Positions 36,697 to 51,200 of a stretch of 64,000 bases of DNA are shown piece by piece. Every line of letters begins with the position of its first letter. The first letter of the stretch is position 1. A program made the translations under genes and the position numbers. The DNA is taken from NCBI GenBank assembly GCA_030248215.1, contig JASANG010003752.1:682001-746000 (forward strand), given 5' to 3'. Under the pieces are notes generated by a model. It was not told the DNA's origin and did no database searches. It saw only the letters and a list, made by a program, of their open reading frames with translations. Source of the stretch: Enoplolaimus lenunculus (lineage: Eukaryota).

Positions 36697-39282
36697 CGGT
36701 TTCTTTGCTAAAAGTCATTTGGTGAAGATTGAATTATAAACTATTTTTTAATGAAATGTAGTAATACTTTATTTTGAAATAATGCAGGTACAGCGCTTAT
36801 GACGAAGTTTTGACTTTCTGTTCGCAAAAGACAATCAACCCCAGGGTGTAACCGGATATTGTTTCCGGTATAAATCGATGTCCGTTTCCGTTTCCGTTAT
36901 AGAAATAACGGAAATTATGTTATTTTTACGTCCAAAATTAGTTATAAATCACGTATATATCTGACAACACTTTTTCGTTACAGAGGCTGCAATGGTTCGA
37001 AATGATCCACAGTGTTAAACAATTCCATGCATCCGCCATTTGTTTATTACAAATTTTTGAAAGTCTAGTGAATATATGCTCGCCTCAATTGTGTTATCAG
37101 AAAAATAAAACATGTTCGAATTTTTTAACTTCAATATCCGTTTTCCGTTTTCGATTCCGTTTCCGTTATTTTTACTATTCGATGACACCCGGCAATCGAC
37201 CAATCACTGAATGATGTGTTGAATTTGATGATGTAAGAAAAATCGCTCAATTGTATTAATTTTACGTACAAATAGCGGAAGAAATATATCAGCGTAGCCT
37301 TTTATCTGCTTTTGTAAGATGAAGCAAGGATACGATACGGGTTTCTGGAGTTTTCTTAAGTTTTTACTTTGCTTACACTTAAGTAATTATTTACTTAAGT
37401 TGCCGCCTTATGTAGTTCCTTAACTTTTTGAACAAAAACGAATAAACGCTAAATGTAAGCCACGATCATACAAGAAAGTAATAGTTTTGCTTTATATTAA
37501 GGAGGCATCATAAATCTTTGAGTTCAATGAGATCAAGGTTATTGTGCTTCAATTGGTATTGTGTAATATACAAAATTTGGTCAGTGAATTTAAGTATTTA
37601 CTTAACTTTAGTACGTTTTTAAAAACTATAAAATGGTTAAGTATACAGTTAGCATGTACTTATAAGTACTAAGTCTTACTTAAGTAGGGTTTTAAAACCG
37701 CAGCCCATATCTAATAAAAATATGTCTGATTAAGTTGAAATTTTAATATTAATTAGTAATCTGATTAATTATATTTATAAGTGGACCTTTAACGGGGTTT
37801 TCAAAAAAAAAGGAAGGATATGTTCTATGTTTGGTAAACAATTACTTTGTCAAGCTGAGTTCGACCTTTAATTAATAATCCAATATATAGTTAATAAGTC
37901 AATTTTAAATAAATGATGGTTTTACACGTTTGCTGGGACAGGGACCGAGATCCCCTAAGCTTGCAAGGTTGCTCAATTCAAAGGTGAATTCAGAAATTTG
38001 CACTTCGGGATTGACAGTCTGACGAATGTAAAAGTTAAACGAACAGCATGAATCACGAAAAATGTAGAACGCACACTGCAAAAAATGGCGAGTCAAAATG
38101 ACTCTCTCCGAAATAGGCTTGCAGTGAGTCGGATTTGGCTCTATCGGAGTCGAATTTGACCCAGTTTTTGTAGTGCCCAAGAGCGTATTTCAGAGAGAGT
38201 GAGTTTGACTCACAATTTTTTTGCTGTGTAGAAAACAAGACCTCATTATTTTGTGGATTGTATTTTTGGTGATTGCACAGAGTGCGAACGAGCTACCGCC
38301 ATATTATGGCTCAGCGAGTTGACTCAATGCGTAAAAACAATTTGGCTGAGAATAAAATTAATGTTCAATTACGACTTTAAAAATTACTTCCAAGAAATTG
38401 TTTTTAAAAACAGAGTCGTTTATGACATCTCTGGGTAAACAATAAGAGCATCCGTGTTACGTCTAAATTGTTTGTATTCGATCCAGGGACGTCGGGGATT
38501 TTCTAACTCAAACTACCATTTCAAATATAACGACTTGTGCAGTAAAGCTTAGAACGTCAACATTATTCACCTAAGTATGGTTTAATGCGAATGGCTAAAA
38601 TAAACAATAACAACTGTTATCTCGTGTCTATGGCAGGACCAAACTGGCACTAGCTATAGATTCTGGCATTTTGGTACAACCAGCCCGCCCCTGCCTCAGC
38701 ACGTAGCCAGGAGGCGCATGGCGGTCTAGACCTTCTATCCATAAACCAAAAAATGTTTTGGGATGGTTACAAAGAGATTTAATATCAGAAGTACGTCTAG
38801 TTTTTCGCTGGCGTCGCTTGACGAGGCTTTGTTCATAGTTTTACACAAATAAGCACGGTGTATCTGCCAAATGTAGCGATCGAATTACTCTTTCGAATCC
38901 GTTATATTTTGTATTGGGCTCATTAATTTCAAATTCGCATCCTTTCCACTGGCTTCGCTCGCGAATTCGCCAACGTTAAACCTTTACTTTAAACTCCTAG
39001 TTTACACAACCGAGGTTTTATATTTTGTCGAGTGAGCCAAATTCCATCACTCCGCCCCCGAACATATTTTGCCCATTAGGCCAAATCGACAGTTCACCCC
39101 TGTCTCGGATCTCTCACACCATTGTACTTCAGTGCACAGTTCCGGCGTCGGCACACGGGACATAACGTTTGGGCCGTGCATGTACCCAGAGGTGGATCAG
39201 TGGAGGCTCAGCCTCCATGGAAGAAATTTGCCATCCCCCCAAGAATATTTTCAACCTCGTTTGTAAGTCTTCAAAAAAAACT

Positions 39283-39890
39283 AAAAATGTTCAGAGCCCA
39301 TAGTAAAGAAAAACTGGCTACAGGCCTGCTCTGAGCACGCCGCTTCGGTTCGCCATTAGCAAATCCAAAATCTCGGACGCCTCAAGAATAGCCGTTATAG
39401 TGTGTAAATGGGGTCCAAGACGAAAGAATGAGTCACACAACATTGTCAAAGTATGTAATCCAACAATCTCTTATACTTAGCTTCATGCCTTAGGGCACCC
39501 AGAGGCTGTGCAGTTGCCCTCTTTGCACACATACCTGCCTGCGTCCATGTCTACACTAAAATACAACCAAGACTACAATGTATACACGAAGATGGGCCAA
39601 TGTAAAGAACAGGGCCGTAACAGTAGTACAAGTATGTTTCTATGCTTAAACCTACGCTAACCCCACGTATCAATACACCGGGCCATGTATGTATAGAACA
39701 TGCCGGATAGTTTTCCGGAGGGTATATAATAGAGTCAGTTTAAGCTGTAAATTAATTTTTTGCTTATGCTTAGGCTTAGGCTTAGGCTTAAGAATAGGCT
39801 CATCCAAACGCTCAGGCTTAGGCTTATGCTTAGGCTTAGGCTTAGGAATGTTCTTATACTACTGTTCCGGTCCTGTTTTATACATGGGCC
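39283..39890 (+). repeat. Left arm of a ~600-bp inverted duplication
   Basis: Reverse complement of ~54601-55180. The core 39486-39770 is nearly identical to its partner; the flanks are more diverged. Confidence 0.88.
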
Positions 39891-42241
39891 GGTAAACCTA
39901 TACCTAAACCCTAGCAGAAATAATCTAAAACGTAAGCTTTACTTTATTGCAATCCCGCGGAAAAACGGTCCGCATCTGATCTAGGACCACAGATCGGGGG
40001 GGGCACATTTAAGAAAGTGTTTTCTACTGCAATAACTGTATACAAGTTGTGCAGTTTTTTGAAAAATATTATTTGTTGTGTGCGAATGTTTGTTGCAAAT
40101 GGAAAACAGTGTCTACGTTGTTTATTTTTATTAACAAGTGAATTCGTTTATATTTTTCTGTTAAAGTTTGCAGAGTGTATGTTTTCAGATAGCGTTTCTT
40201 CTCGGCTTTTGCTAAATTCTTGGCGTAATGGCTATTTTCGTAGTGGCCGTTCCAGACATTCCGGCAACTGAGGGCGGATAGTTGTTTGTGTTGATACTTA
40301 GATTCACAAATTATGCCGAAGGATCAAAAATTTCGGTTGCATTTCTGCAATATTTTTCAGTTATTTCGCAATAAACCCCTTGTGTCCTGCTGATAAACCA
40401 TTGTTATCGCAAATTTTCAGCACGGCAGGGCTGGTGGTAGATATACCGCAGACCAATGTGCTATTTAAACCGACTACTAATCGGTCTAAGCCATTTGTCA
40501 GACGCAATACCGCTAACCAATCAGCGTTGGTTTTACGTCTCTGTTGTTTAAATACACTCGAGCAGTTTCATTTGTTATTTTGGGGCCTATTAGGGCCGTT
40601 CCAGTTTCTGGTGGGTTTTAGTTCAAGTGCAGGCTTAGGCTTAGGAATGCGCTTATTGACGCGTAGGCTTAGGCGTAGACTCAGGAATACAATTAATCTG
40701 CTGTTACGGCCCTAAAAGTAACATTGGCCAACGTTTGTTTAGTAAGAGCAAACAGCTATTAAATTAGTTATCTAATTTTCTACAGCTATTAGCTGAAAGG
40801 TTTTTATACAGTGTAAATAGCGTTGTAGCGTATTTGAATCATATGGTTGTTATCAGAGAACAATTTTGGGTTTTGAATTTAACAATTTTAGTTTACATTT
40901 TGTATGCTAATTGTTAAGCGACGTGGTTTTTGAATGTTTTCAGTCTAGAAATCATTAGTATGCGAATTTTATGGTATCAGTAACCTGCATCCTTCATTTA
41001 CAATGAAGTACACTGGTCCGTACCCAACAAGGTTTGATCTGTGACAGTTTCAAGGAATTTTGAAGCCTGAGAGCTATCGCCGAAAACCTAATAAATATTT
41101 AGTGCTAACACTGAACCAGCTTATTGTACACTTCTCCCACATTTACATTTGTTGGCTTACTTGAACTAAATTGGACTGGGGGGTTTAGCGACCCTTTTGG
41201 CTTCCTCCTTTCGGTACGCCAATCATTTCTGTATAAGTATTTTCAGCGGAATTTGGCACAAAATTTTTGCGTTAAGTCATATCCACCCGTGTAAGTTTTT
41301 GCAGCAACAGCATGTAAGAGCAACTTGCACATTCAAGATGGGCCACAGAACATTTGAAGTTTTTGCATCTGCAAGTTATTCACTAGAATTCATACTATTT
41401 AATTCAATTTGCACGTGTGAACGCAGTGGTAAGTCGCTTGAATTTCGTGCACCTGCATTTTGATTGGTCAATCTGAAAATGTGTTGCTGTCCTCTTCTTA
41501 ATTTAATTCTCAGACCTTTTTGAATTTATTGAAGAAGTTTGAATTAATTCAAATATCGAATTTGTTTGATATTTCGCAGTCTACGGCGATGGCGACCGGT
41601 CCAGTTTAATATTTTTAAGTACAAAGTAGAAATTGTATCGGTATGAAGGTGGTTTGAAGTCAAGAAATTTTGAGTAAAATGCTTTAATTCGAACTAATAA
41701 TCATCATTGGTTGAACTGACAATTGATAGCTTATGCATTACAGTCGTCTGCACATTATACATGTTATGAATATATTTCAATATTCAAAATAAAAATGTTG
41801 CGTTGCAAATACTTGCAGCTGCAAGTGTTTCATGCAAGTTGCATCTGCGAGTTCCCGCTGCAAAAACTTGCACGTGTGAATAGGGCTCAAATCTGGCCAG
41901 TAGACACACTGGCGGATTAATTCAAGGTGACGGAATGCCAGCTTACCCCGTGCCCCCTCAACAGGAACATAACCAAATTTATATATTAAAGGTTTAGTAC
42001 TAAAATGGCGTTTTTGCTCGCTTCGCTGCTTGTTTTTCAACTGGCTATGGGCAGCAATACAATTTGGCCAGAACGTCCGCTGATCTTGTATAATTCACAA
42101 GTGTGGTTAAAATTTTTTCATAGGAGCCTAAGATCTTTTGGGTCAAGAATTGAACCCCAATCGATTCCAGTTGACAGTGAATATCAATTGTGTTTGTTAT
42201 TTTACACAATTCTTTACAATAACACGTGTTACTAGGAAATT

Positions 42242-45200
42242 ATGGTTTTGAAAAGTCAGTTGCCTGATGTCGATGTGCCAATACAAAGCGTTGCCGACTT
42301 TGTTTTAGAGCCGTTGAAAAGTTTTGGAGATCAAATTGTTTTAGTAAGTTGCTAATATTCAAACGCTTTTACGTGGTGAAAAATCTGTATTGAACTAAAT
42401 TGCATACTGTAGTGACCCGAATAAGAGGGGGGACTGATATTTATTTGGTCTCTCCAGAAGGTACCACCCTGTTATTTGGTTACGGACTATTATTTATTTT
42501 CAACACGCCCTCCGCCACCATTCGTTACTGATATTTTCCGGTATTGCAACTATTCGGTGAATTAAACGTTTTTTGCCTTGCATCAAAAGCTTGAACGATA
42601 ATTGAAGCTTATACTTCGGAATGTGCTTTCAAAACTAAAGTACGCTTTACAGTTTCGAATTCAACTTTATTTGGTCCTGGAGTCATTCATGCGCTACAAT
42701 TTGGGATAGTTGACATTATGAACTCTAATTAAGGTTTAGAGACTCTATCCGCTTACGGACTCTTATTAGGGATACGGATTTCTATTGATTGGGTCTCAAA
42801 ACGGTGCCCCCCTCTTATTCGGGTCACTACAGTACTTTTCTATCATGTTTCGAAAGTAAAAAATTTAAAAAAACTGAAATATTTGAGGAAATCTATGACG
42901 AATTCGCTGCTGCTGCTGCTATATTCGAATTACATTTAGTTCGGCGCTATACTGGTCGTGCGGCCCCGGACGCCGCAGTACGTTAATTTTTGCTTACAAA
43001 TGGATATGCTGTCCCATGGGGCAATGAACCTGAGTTGTGGCACGGTTCCGAACGGTGCCCTATGGGTAATGTTCGGCGCCGGTCGTCATCAAAAGTATAG
43101 TACCATTCAATTTTTGCAGATAAACGCAAATACAGGCGCTAAATACACTGCAAGGCAAGTTTACGATGCAGTGCATTCAATTGCAATTGGTTTACAAGCG
43201 CAGGGATTCAAAAAAGGCGATGTCGCTTTGCTGGCGGTGAAAAATTGTCCTGAATATTTGATGTTTTTGTTTGGAGTACTGAAAGCTGGCGGTGTTGCGT
43301 CTGGATTGAACACAGAATATACCGAACGTAAGGAAGTATCTTGTACACTTTCACGCTTCGTTTAACGTTGGGACTCACTAGCGGATCCAGACGGAATGGC
43401 GGGCAGGCGTACGTCCCACGTTCCCACGTCAGAAGTTTTTTTGCGATAAAATGGCATGATCCCAACCTTACGATTTCCACCGTCAAAAATAGACACATAT
43501 ATAGCATAAGTACAGTAAAAATTGTGTTTCATAACTTTTGCCAGCCCGCCCAGCCCCCATCACAAATTTTTTGGTGATAAAATGCTAAGATTATAACTTC
43601 ACAATTCTGTGTTACGTAGTATATATCTTTTGAACTAAAAAATCTTGGGCTTCCAAATTGGGTTTAATTTTAGGATTTTACACTTACGGTGCTACTGTAT
43701 GTAATATTCGCTCCGCAGTTATCGGAATTTGCTTGTTTCAAGACTTAGTACCAGCTGGCGATACTGTAGTGACCCGAACAAGAGGGGGACTGATATTTAT
43801 TTGGCTTCTCTAGACGGTACACCCCAGTTATTCCGTTACGAGCTGTGCTTATTTTTAACCCGCCCTCCGCCTCCTTTTCTTATTTGGACCTAACAACTAT
43901 GCGATGAATTAAACGTTTATTTGTCTTGTGTCAATAGCTTGAGCGACTATGCAAAGTTATACTTAGGAATGTACTTTCAAAACTTAAGTACGCTTTAAAA
44001 TTTCGGACTCAACTTTATTTGTTCCTGGAATCATTTATGCGCTACAATTAGAAATAATTGACACTTATGGACTCTAATCAGGGTTTAGGAACTCTATCCG
44101 CTTACAGACTCATATCAGGGATACGGACTCCAATTGATTGGGACTAAAAATCGAGACCCCCTCTTATTACCCCCTCATATTTGGGTCACTACAGCACGCG
44201 ATGTTGAGAGTGCTATTTGAGGCTTTAATAATTTCATATATTTTTTGTCTCAAGTTTAACAAAAACCATTTCATATCATAAATTGTTTTAGACGAAGTTG
44301 CTGACCGCATATTGGATTGCCGACCAACTGTAGCATTGTGTGAACGTGATTACATGCCAACTTTTCGAAAAGGGCTTGAACGATCGCCTGGAATTATACA
44401 GGTTTGCAGCTTATCAAGAGAACACAACAAGCGCCGCAGGGATATGGGGAATGGGAATATATTTCTTTTGTGGAGAGACAAGAAACAAAGCGCACATTTA
44501 ACAGGATTTAAAATAACCTTTGATAAAAATTAACGCGTGGCAAACGAGATAAATTTTGCAAATGTCAAACGTGGCTGACTTTATCATCTGATGCTTGTTT
44601 CAGACAACATTTATAATCGATCCGTGTCCAAAATGTAAACTTGACGGCCGTGAGAGGCGTGCATTTGCTGATCTTGTCAAATTTTCGTTTGAAAATCGTC
44701 ATATCACACTGAAATGTCCAGCAATAAATCCACGTGAAGATATAGCGTTGCTTTTGTATTCAAGCGGTACAACAGGAAGACCAAAAGGCGTTCTTCAAAC
44801 ACATTTCAACGTTATCGGATCATTAGCTACTGCGGAGTATGTCTGTATAAGCATGTAGATATTGCTTGGATTGCAAACACAAAACTTAAAACGATTTCTG
44901 AATTATTAAGTCGATTTTTAGCTTTTAGAAAACAAAAAAAAGATTGATGATCCAAGCCTTCTGTAAATATACGTTTAGCAGTCGAGTTTTAAACTCACTG
45001 CATAGTCATTGCCAGATGCTCAAAAATAGTACTCGGTTGTGGTAACACTGGTTAATCTAGCAAGCAGAAAGTTTTATTGGAAACCTGAGACATAAGTTGA
45101 CGGTACAAAATTTAAGAAGCGGAAGCGACGGCTTTCGGCTGTATATACAATGAAACACTGAAGCAATTAATAAATTTTTGTAGCTGATGCGAAAGGAGAA

Positions 45201-48200
45201 ACCAAAGTTTCTAACAGGACCTTATAAAATTCATGGTTTGGTATACCTAATATATACATACAAATGCGTATATTTTGTCGTAGGCCAATCTGCTATTCAG
45301 TCCATAACTAATTGGACTTTGGCAAATCTGCTATTTTCTGTAATAGCAATTTGGCTTAGAATAAACTGCTATTGAACTTATGGACCAATCAGGTCTATTC
45401 ATTTCATCAGATCAAATAACGATAACCAAACATCGTTGGGTTATATATATCAATGTTTTTATCTGGATCTCACAACCACCGTTTGACCTCCGACAAACTG
45501 CTATTTGCTCAGGATATCAGATTGAGCTAGGCTAACTGACCAGCAGACAGCAGATCAGCCTACGACGTGTGCAAACAATTTCGTACAAATGCCAGAAATC
45601 ACTTCAACGCAACGCACAATTTCATTTCTGGCAGGAGATATTTTACCAGTTTTTCGCCAAAAAATTTACACATGTGGAACATTGAAAAAAAAACCTCGCG
45701 AGCGAATCGACCGAGCAGCATTAAAGCAAATTTTATGCAACAAATCACAGTTACAACTTTTAAAACAATCGGCACAGTTTTAAAAGTTTATAGAACTTCA
45801 CTTCATTCTGGCTTTATTTCGCACCTCTGTCTCACCATAGTTTTCTTTCGAGCTTTTTCCTCATTCGCACTGGTGCAAACTGTGTCACAGGTTTCGAATT
45901 GCTATACTTAGCAGTCAATACCTGCAAATTACGCATACCCTCACAAATTTCACGTTGTAAGTATACAAACTGTTCATTTTGTTTTAGTGCGTCAAAGTTT
46001 GTCGAATTCGGGCCTGGAGATTCACTAATTAATGTGTTGCCATTTTACCATATGTTCGGTCAAACTGTTTCATTTTTGTGTCTTCGCCGAGGTGCAACTT
46101 CGATTACCATGCGACGGTTTGAGCCTGAGCTGTACCTTAAAACTATCCAAGATTACAAGGTACGTAGGCAGCGCGCCTGTAAACCAGTTCAACATTTCAA
46201 AGAGGGGGGCAAAATTGGTTTAATGAAGATCATGCCGTGAATTCACACAATTTACATCGGGGTTAAACTTTTTTGAGGGCTGAAAATTTATCTGGGGGTG
46301 CTAAGCTCCTCCGACTACTGACTTGTCTCGTTCGAAGACGAGCAGATTCGAGTAACGTGATCTAAAAACTGCTGTCTTGCATCGGTCGTTCTATTATCGT
46401 TTATTGTTGTCTTTAGACTAGGGCACATATTTTCAAATGCATATAGCGTCTATCACCGTTAGCGACACGTTTTAAAACTGACGAAATACTGGAATTTGGC
46501 AGCTTAAGTTTGGTACAGAAGTATGCTAAATTAAACGCGAAAAATGTGCTGAATTTGAAACTTCATAAACGATCCATTGGCTAACATCATAGTTCTAACG
46601 GTGATAGGTGTAATGTGCAATATTGTCCGGTTTTATATTTTTTACTTAATGGTTTGTTTTGAAAGATACCGATAAAGATTTTTTGTAACGCAAATCGTTC
46701 GAGTAACATCTATGCACTGTAAAACACCACAATTGTACTGAACGCAAAAGAAAAAATATGTGCAGCTAAGGTCGGTAACGGTAAATGAATTTTGTGCAGG
46801 TAATGACGGGTAACGGATAAAGGAATTTTGCGCGGGTATACTCGCGGGTAAAAAATAAAATTTCCGTGGGTAAAACGCAACGCGGGTAAAAAATGTTTAC
46901 CCATTTACACCTCTGATGGCTCCTATGGCTAGTTCATAACAGGTTTTCAAACAAACCGACTTTACACCTCTGATGGCTCCTATGGCTAGTTCATAACAGG
47001 TTTTCAAACAAACCGACTGATGCACCTGTTGATGTCGAAGTCTGCTCACAAATAGGATCGATTAGAATCGAAAATGTGCCTGATTTTAAAACTAAAACCA
47101 TGTGCTGCACACATTGTTGAATATGAGCTTAGAACTTATGAATTGGCACCATCTTAAGTATATGACTATATTAAATATTTGTAGTCAAAGGTGGGCACTA
47201 GGGAGTCTGGAAATATAAACCCCAATGCATGAGCCAAAAATGTTTTACTAGCGGTGCAAAGAAATTTATTAAAAGTAAAATTACGTCTGGCCTTGCATGA
47301 AGCCGTGGACACCATACAAAATAATTTGTATTAACATACATTAATTTTAAAATTGTATCAAGATTTCTTCTCGCTTCACTCTTGAATTCTTGAAAACTCT
47401 ACATCTGGTTTGACTCCAGATTAGCTAGACTGGTTCCAATAAAGAAATGCTCGTCACAAACCAATTAATTGCTGTTTTAGGTGTGGCTTCTTAGCGTTGT
47501 TCCACCTCTTTTGGTTTTCCTCACCAAAGATCCATTGGTTTCAAAGTATGATTTGTCAAGTTTGCGACTACTACTTGTAGCAGCTGCACCTGCAGGCAAA
47601 GAGCTCATTGCTGATTTTCAAAAACGGCATCCATACGTGGTTTTTGTCGGACAAGGTACATATATATATATATTATATTATATATATTATATATATTATA
47701 TATATATTATATATATTTCTAAGCATAAGCGTAAACCTAATAAGAGACAACAAATTATCTAATTGATAACATTTCGGGTTACAAGTTGTCGGTCGACGAA
47801 TTGTCGCGCGATACGCTTTCACTCACAACTGTTCCGTTAAAGTTCGAAAAAGTTATTGTTATACTTCAATTACGAGTGTTTATTTATAAGAATTGGTTTT
47901 AAAAATAACACAGTAGTACTTATTCTTCTGTATTGAGTACACAGTTAGTTCAAACCTAAGCATTGTTCAAGGTTTAGGTTAGCTAAGCTATTGCTAACTG
48001 AACCAGAGGTGTTTATTTTTTTCAATCAACGAAACGTTATATCTTCGCATTTTTGTGCTCAAATTTTGCTAACCACAGATTACTACAAACTAAATGTGTA
48101 AAATTTGCTGCGGCGTAAAGGGCGAAAAAAGTTAATTATTGTAACAGGTTTCAAAGGATATGATTTTTACTCATTTCATTCATGCTTAGCAAGCTTTTAT

Positions 48201-51200
48201 TTTCAGCTTACGGAATGACCGAAGGAACAAGTGCGTCCCATTTGACACCACCTGGCGACTGTCCTCCAGGATCATGTGGAGTTTTGACCAGCAACTGGGA
48301 AGCAAAAGTAGGCACTGGCACACTTCTGCTCCGCATTTAAAGTTAAGGCTTAATAGACTTTAATCAAAGGCTTACGCAAAGGCTTTGGCTAAGGCTTGGG
48401 CTAAGCTTTTCCCGAAGCCTAAGCCTCAGGCTAAAGGGAGAATGTGTAAAAGGACTCGAAAGAATTTGATTAGATCTACTTATTCTGCGTGCACTGTAAC
48501 ACTGTAACCATGTCGTGTGTATTGTTAGGATACCTAATGCCCGGAAAAAGCTTTGACGGTGTGATTGGTTTTTACTGGCTGGCTTTGCGGTCACCTTTGC
48601 TTGCTAAACATGACAGAATATAGATCCATTAAAAGACCATTGTATGACACATGCCTATATGCATTTTCGTATCCTATTGGTTACATCTTCTTATAACCCA
48701 CCTGAAAATTTTAGACCCGCCGCTGTAGTCTATGGTGGATATGTTATATCGACCCATGTAAAGATCAGGGGCGGAACATTTTTCTGTGAGACTATAAAAG
48801 ACTAAACTTAAGCTTTAGACTAATTTTTTTGCTTTGCTTAGGCTTAAGCCTACGCTTAGGCTTAGAAATAACCTCATTCTTGCGATTATTCTTAGGCTTA
48901 CGTTTTGTGAATATGCTTATAATACTGTTCTGCCCTTGTTCTTTACATTGGCCGTTATATTTAGATAAAAGGGCCCATATTAATTATTGGGGCCTGCTTA
49001 TTGAGAGACCAGGAGCCTGTAGACTTAGAGGCTGGCTTAAGCTTTGGAATGGGCTTAGGCTTAGAAATGGACTTAGGGTCATAAGATTAGACTTATGTTT
49101 TTAGACACAGGCTTAAATTTTCGTCGGCAATGCCCAACATGCGCCGATAAAAGCCCGAATTAAGTTTTAACTGCCTAAACAGGTGGTCGATCCGAAAACT
49201 GGTGAAGAGTTGGGACCAAATCGAGATGGGGAAATTTGGACGCGGTCTGCAACTGTTATGAAAGGATATTTAAATCGTCCAAAAGAAACTGCAGATACGG
49301 TTGATAGTGATGGCTGGTTGCATACAGGTACGACAATTATCAACCCTTGGTGACAGTGGCGCTACCATATTTTGAAACCGAGGGAGGGTCGCGTTTCGTA
49401 AGCATTCAAAGGGTGTGGGATCCCCGAATTTGGACGCTGCCTGCGACTGTTACGAAACGATATTTAAATCGTCCAAACCGCAGATACCGGTTGATAGTGA
49501 CGGTTAATTGCACACAGGTACGAGAATAATCAACGCTTGGTGACAGTGGGGACAACCATATTTTGAAAATGAGGGAGCCGCACGGTAAACCATAGGCCCA
49601 TGTTACTTTTAGGGCGTTCGGTTTTCTCGCATGACTGCAACAGAGGCAGGAGTAGAACTATTTTTAGCTTAGGCTACGACTTGGTAACATTTATATTACT
49701 TTTACGCTTAGGCTTAGGTTTAGCAATATGTTTAATCTAGGGTTACGGACAAAAAAAGTTATATTGCCAAAAATTTCACACGGTAGCGATTGCCTGTGTG
49801 TACCGACCGAAACAGTTCCTAATATCTTGACTGATGGTCGATTGTACACGCGTAAGACAATAAACACATGGTCATATAGAGGCGCTGTCATGGTTTTGAC
49901 AACAAGATATCTTCTAAGCGAGTGTTTCCCTGTGTTGGGTGAAAATATTCTGAAAATCCTCACGCCGAAATCTTGAGGTTTGCTAGCTACGCATTGCTCG
50001 CTTAAATAAAATTAGTTTACGAACAATCCGCTTTCATCAGTTCGACCAAATGAGTAGCTTGTTTTCATTAACCGTACCTATTCTGTTTTATGACCGAAGG
50101 GACAACTCGCGACGCCTGTGCGAATCGTCGAGACCCTGTGTGATGGAAGGCTCCAATATCCCTCCTGGTTTAACACAAAGGCCCGTTTAAGAGGGGCAGG
50201 GACGTAGCCAGGGTTTCGTTTCTGGAGTGTCCCATTAAAGAACCTTTTCTGTCATCTAGGGACCTTGTTAAAAGTATTCTTGTGGTATCTATAGAAATTT
50301 CGGGAGGCGATATATTCCCTCTATCCTCTATCCATCTCATTGCATAGGCGCCCTGGAGGGTAATTCCGTTTTAATTCAGAGAGCCCATAATTTACCGAGA
50401 ATTCCATGCCTGTCTTGGTGACTCAAGCATCAATTTAGAAAAGGATCTAAACAATTCGTCGCATGACAACTCATAAATTGACTTTTTGTAATACAGAATT
50501 TCGTAGGCCAGATAATTTGACGCGGATCGTTATTTTTAGGCTTAGGATTACGAGTATGCAAGGGATCATGCCAATTCACCCGGTGTTAGTTGGACACAGG
50601 ATAATTTTTTGTTTGTTTTGTTTAGCACTGTCTTGGTCCGAAGCATGTTTGTTGATTGCATGGTTCGACCCACGCTGGATTTCAAACAAAAATCTCACTT
50701 ACGATTCACTTTCCGCCATATGTTAGGTGTAGGCTTGGAACGCTATTTGGCAGAGTTGTATAGGGTGACGAATTGCTGTATATTTTATTATATGACATCT
50801 GCCATTAATTTTCAGGCGATATCGGGCATTACGACGAAAACGGATTCTTTTTTATTGTTGACCGCATTAAAGAGCTAATTAAAGTCAAAGCGTTTCAGGT
50901 AATGTGTGTATTTTCAAGTGTCTAGTAGTTCCAAAAACCAAAAACACACCACTCAATAGACCAAAGTTCGCGGCAAGGTTGAGGCGTGGCCGGGATTTCA
51001 TTTTAGCAGGGGATATGTTGGTCCAAATATTTTGGGGGCAAGCACAACCAGCGACAAAATTATTCACCTGAGCAGGTTATTCCACATCGTGTAAAAGTGC
51101 GATTTTTCGAGTATTTCCAAAAGTTTTGGGAGCATATTTCCCTATCCTCGTTGTGTAAGTCCGTGCGTTTTATGGAATAAAATTTGAACAAACCAAAGGT

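Noticed and set aside
39689..39984. ORFs with LGLGLG or LRLRLR runs (also near 17135, 40380, 48829 and 53296)
   Set aside because: They are translations of TTAGGC repeats inside MITEs, not proteins.
49798..49849. Hammerhead-like hairpin (cgacc-GAAA...CTGAT-ggtcg)
   Set aside because: The core is incomplete (no CUGANGA) and stems I and III are not credible. A nearby minus-strand CTGATGA (~50040) lacks GAAA.
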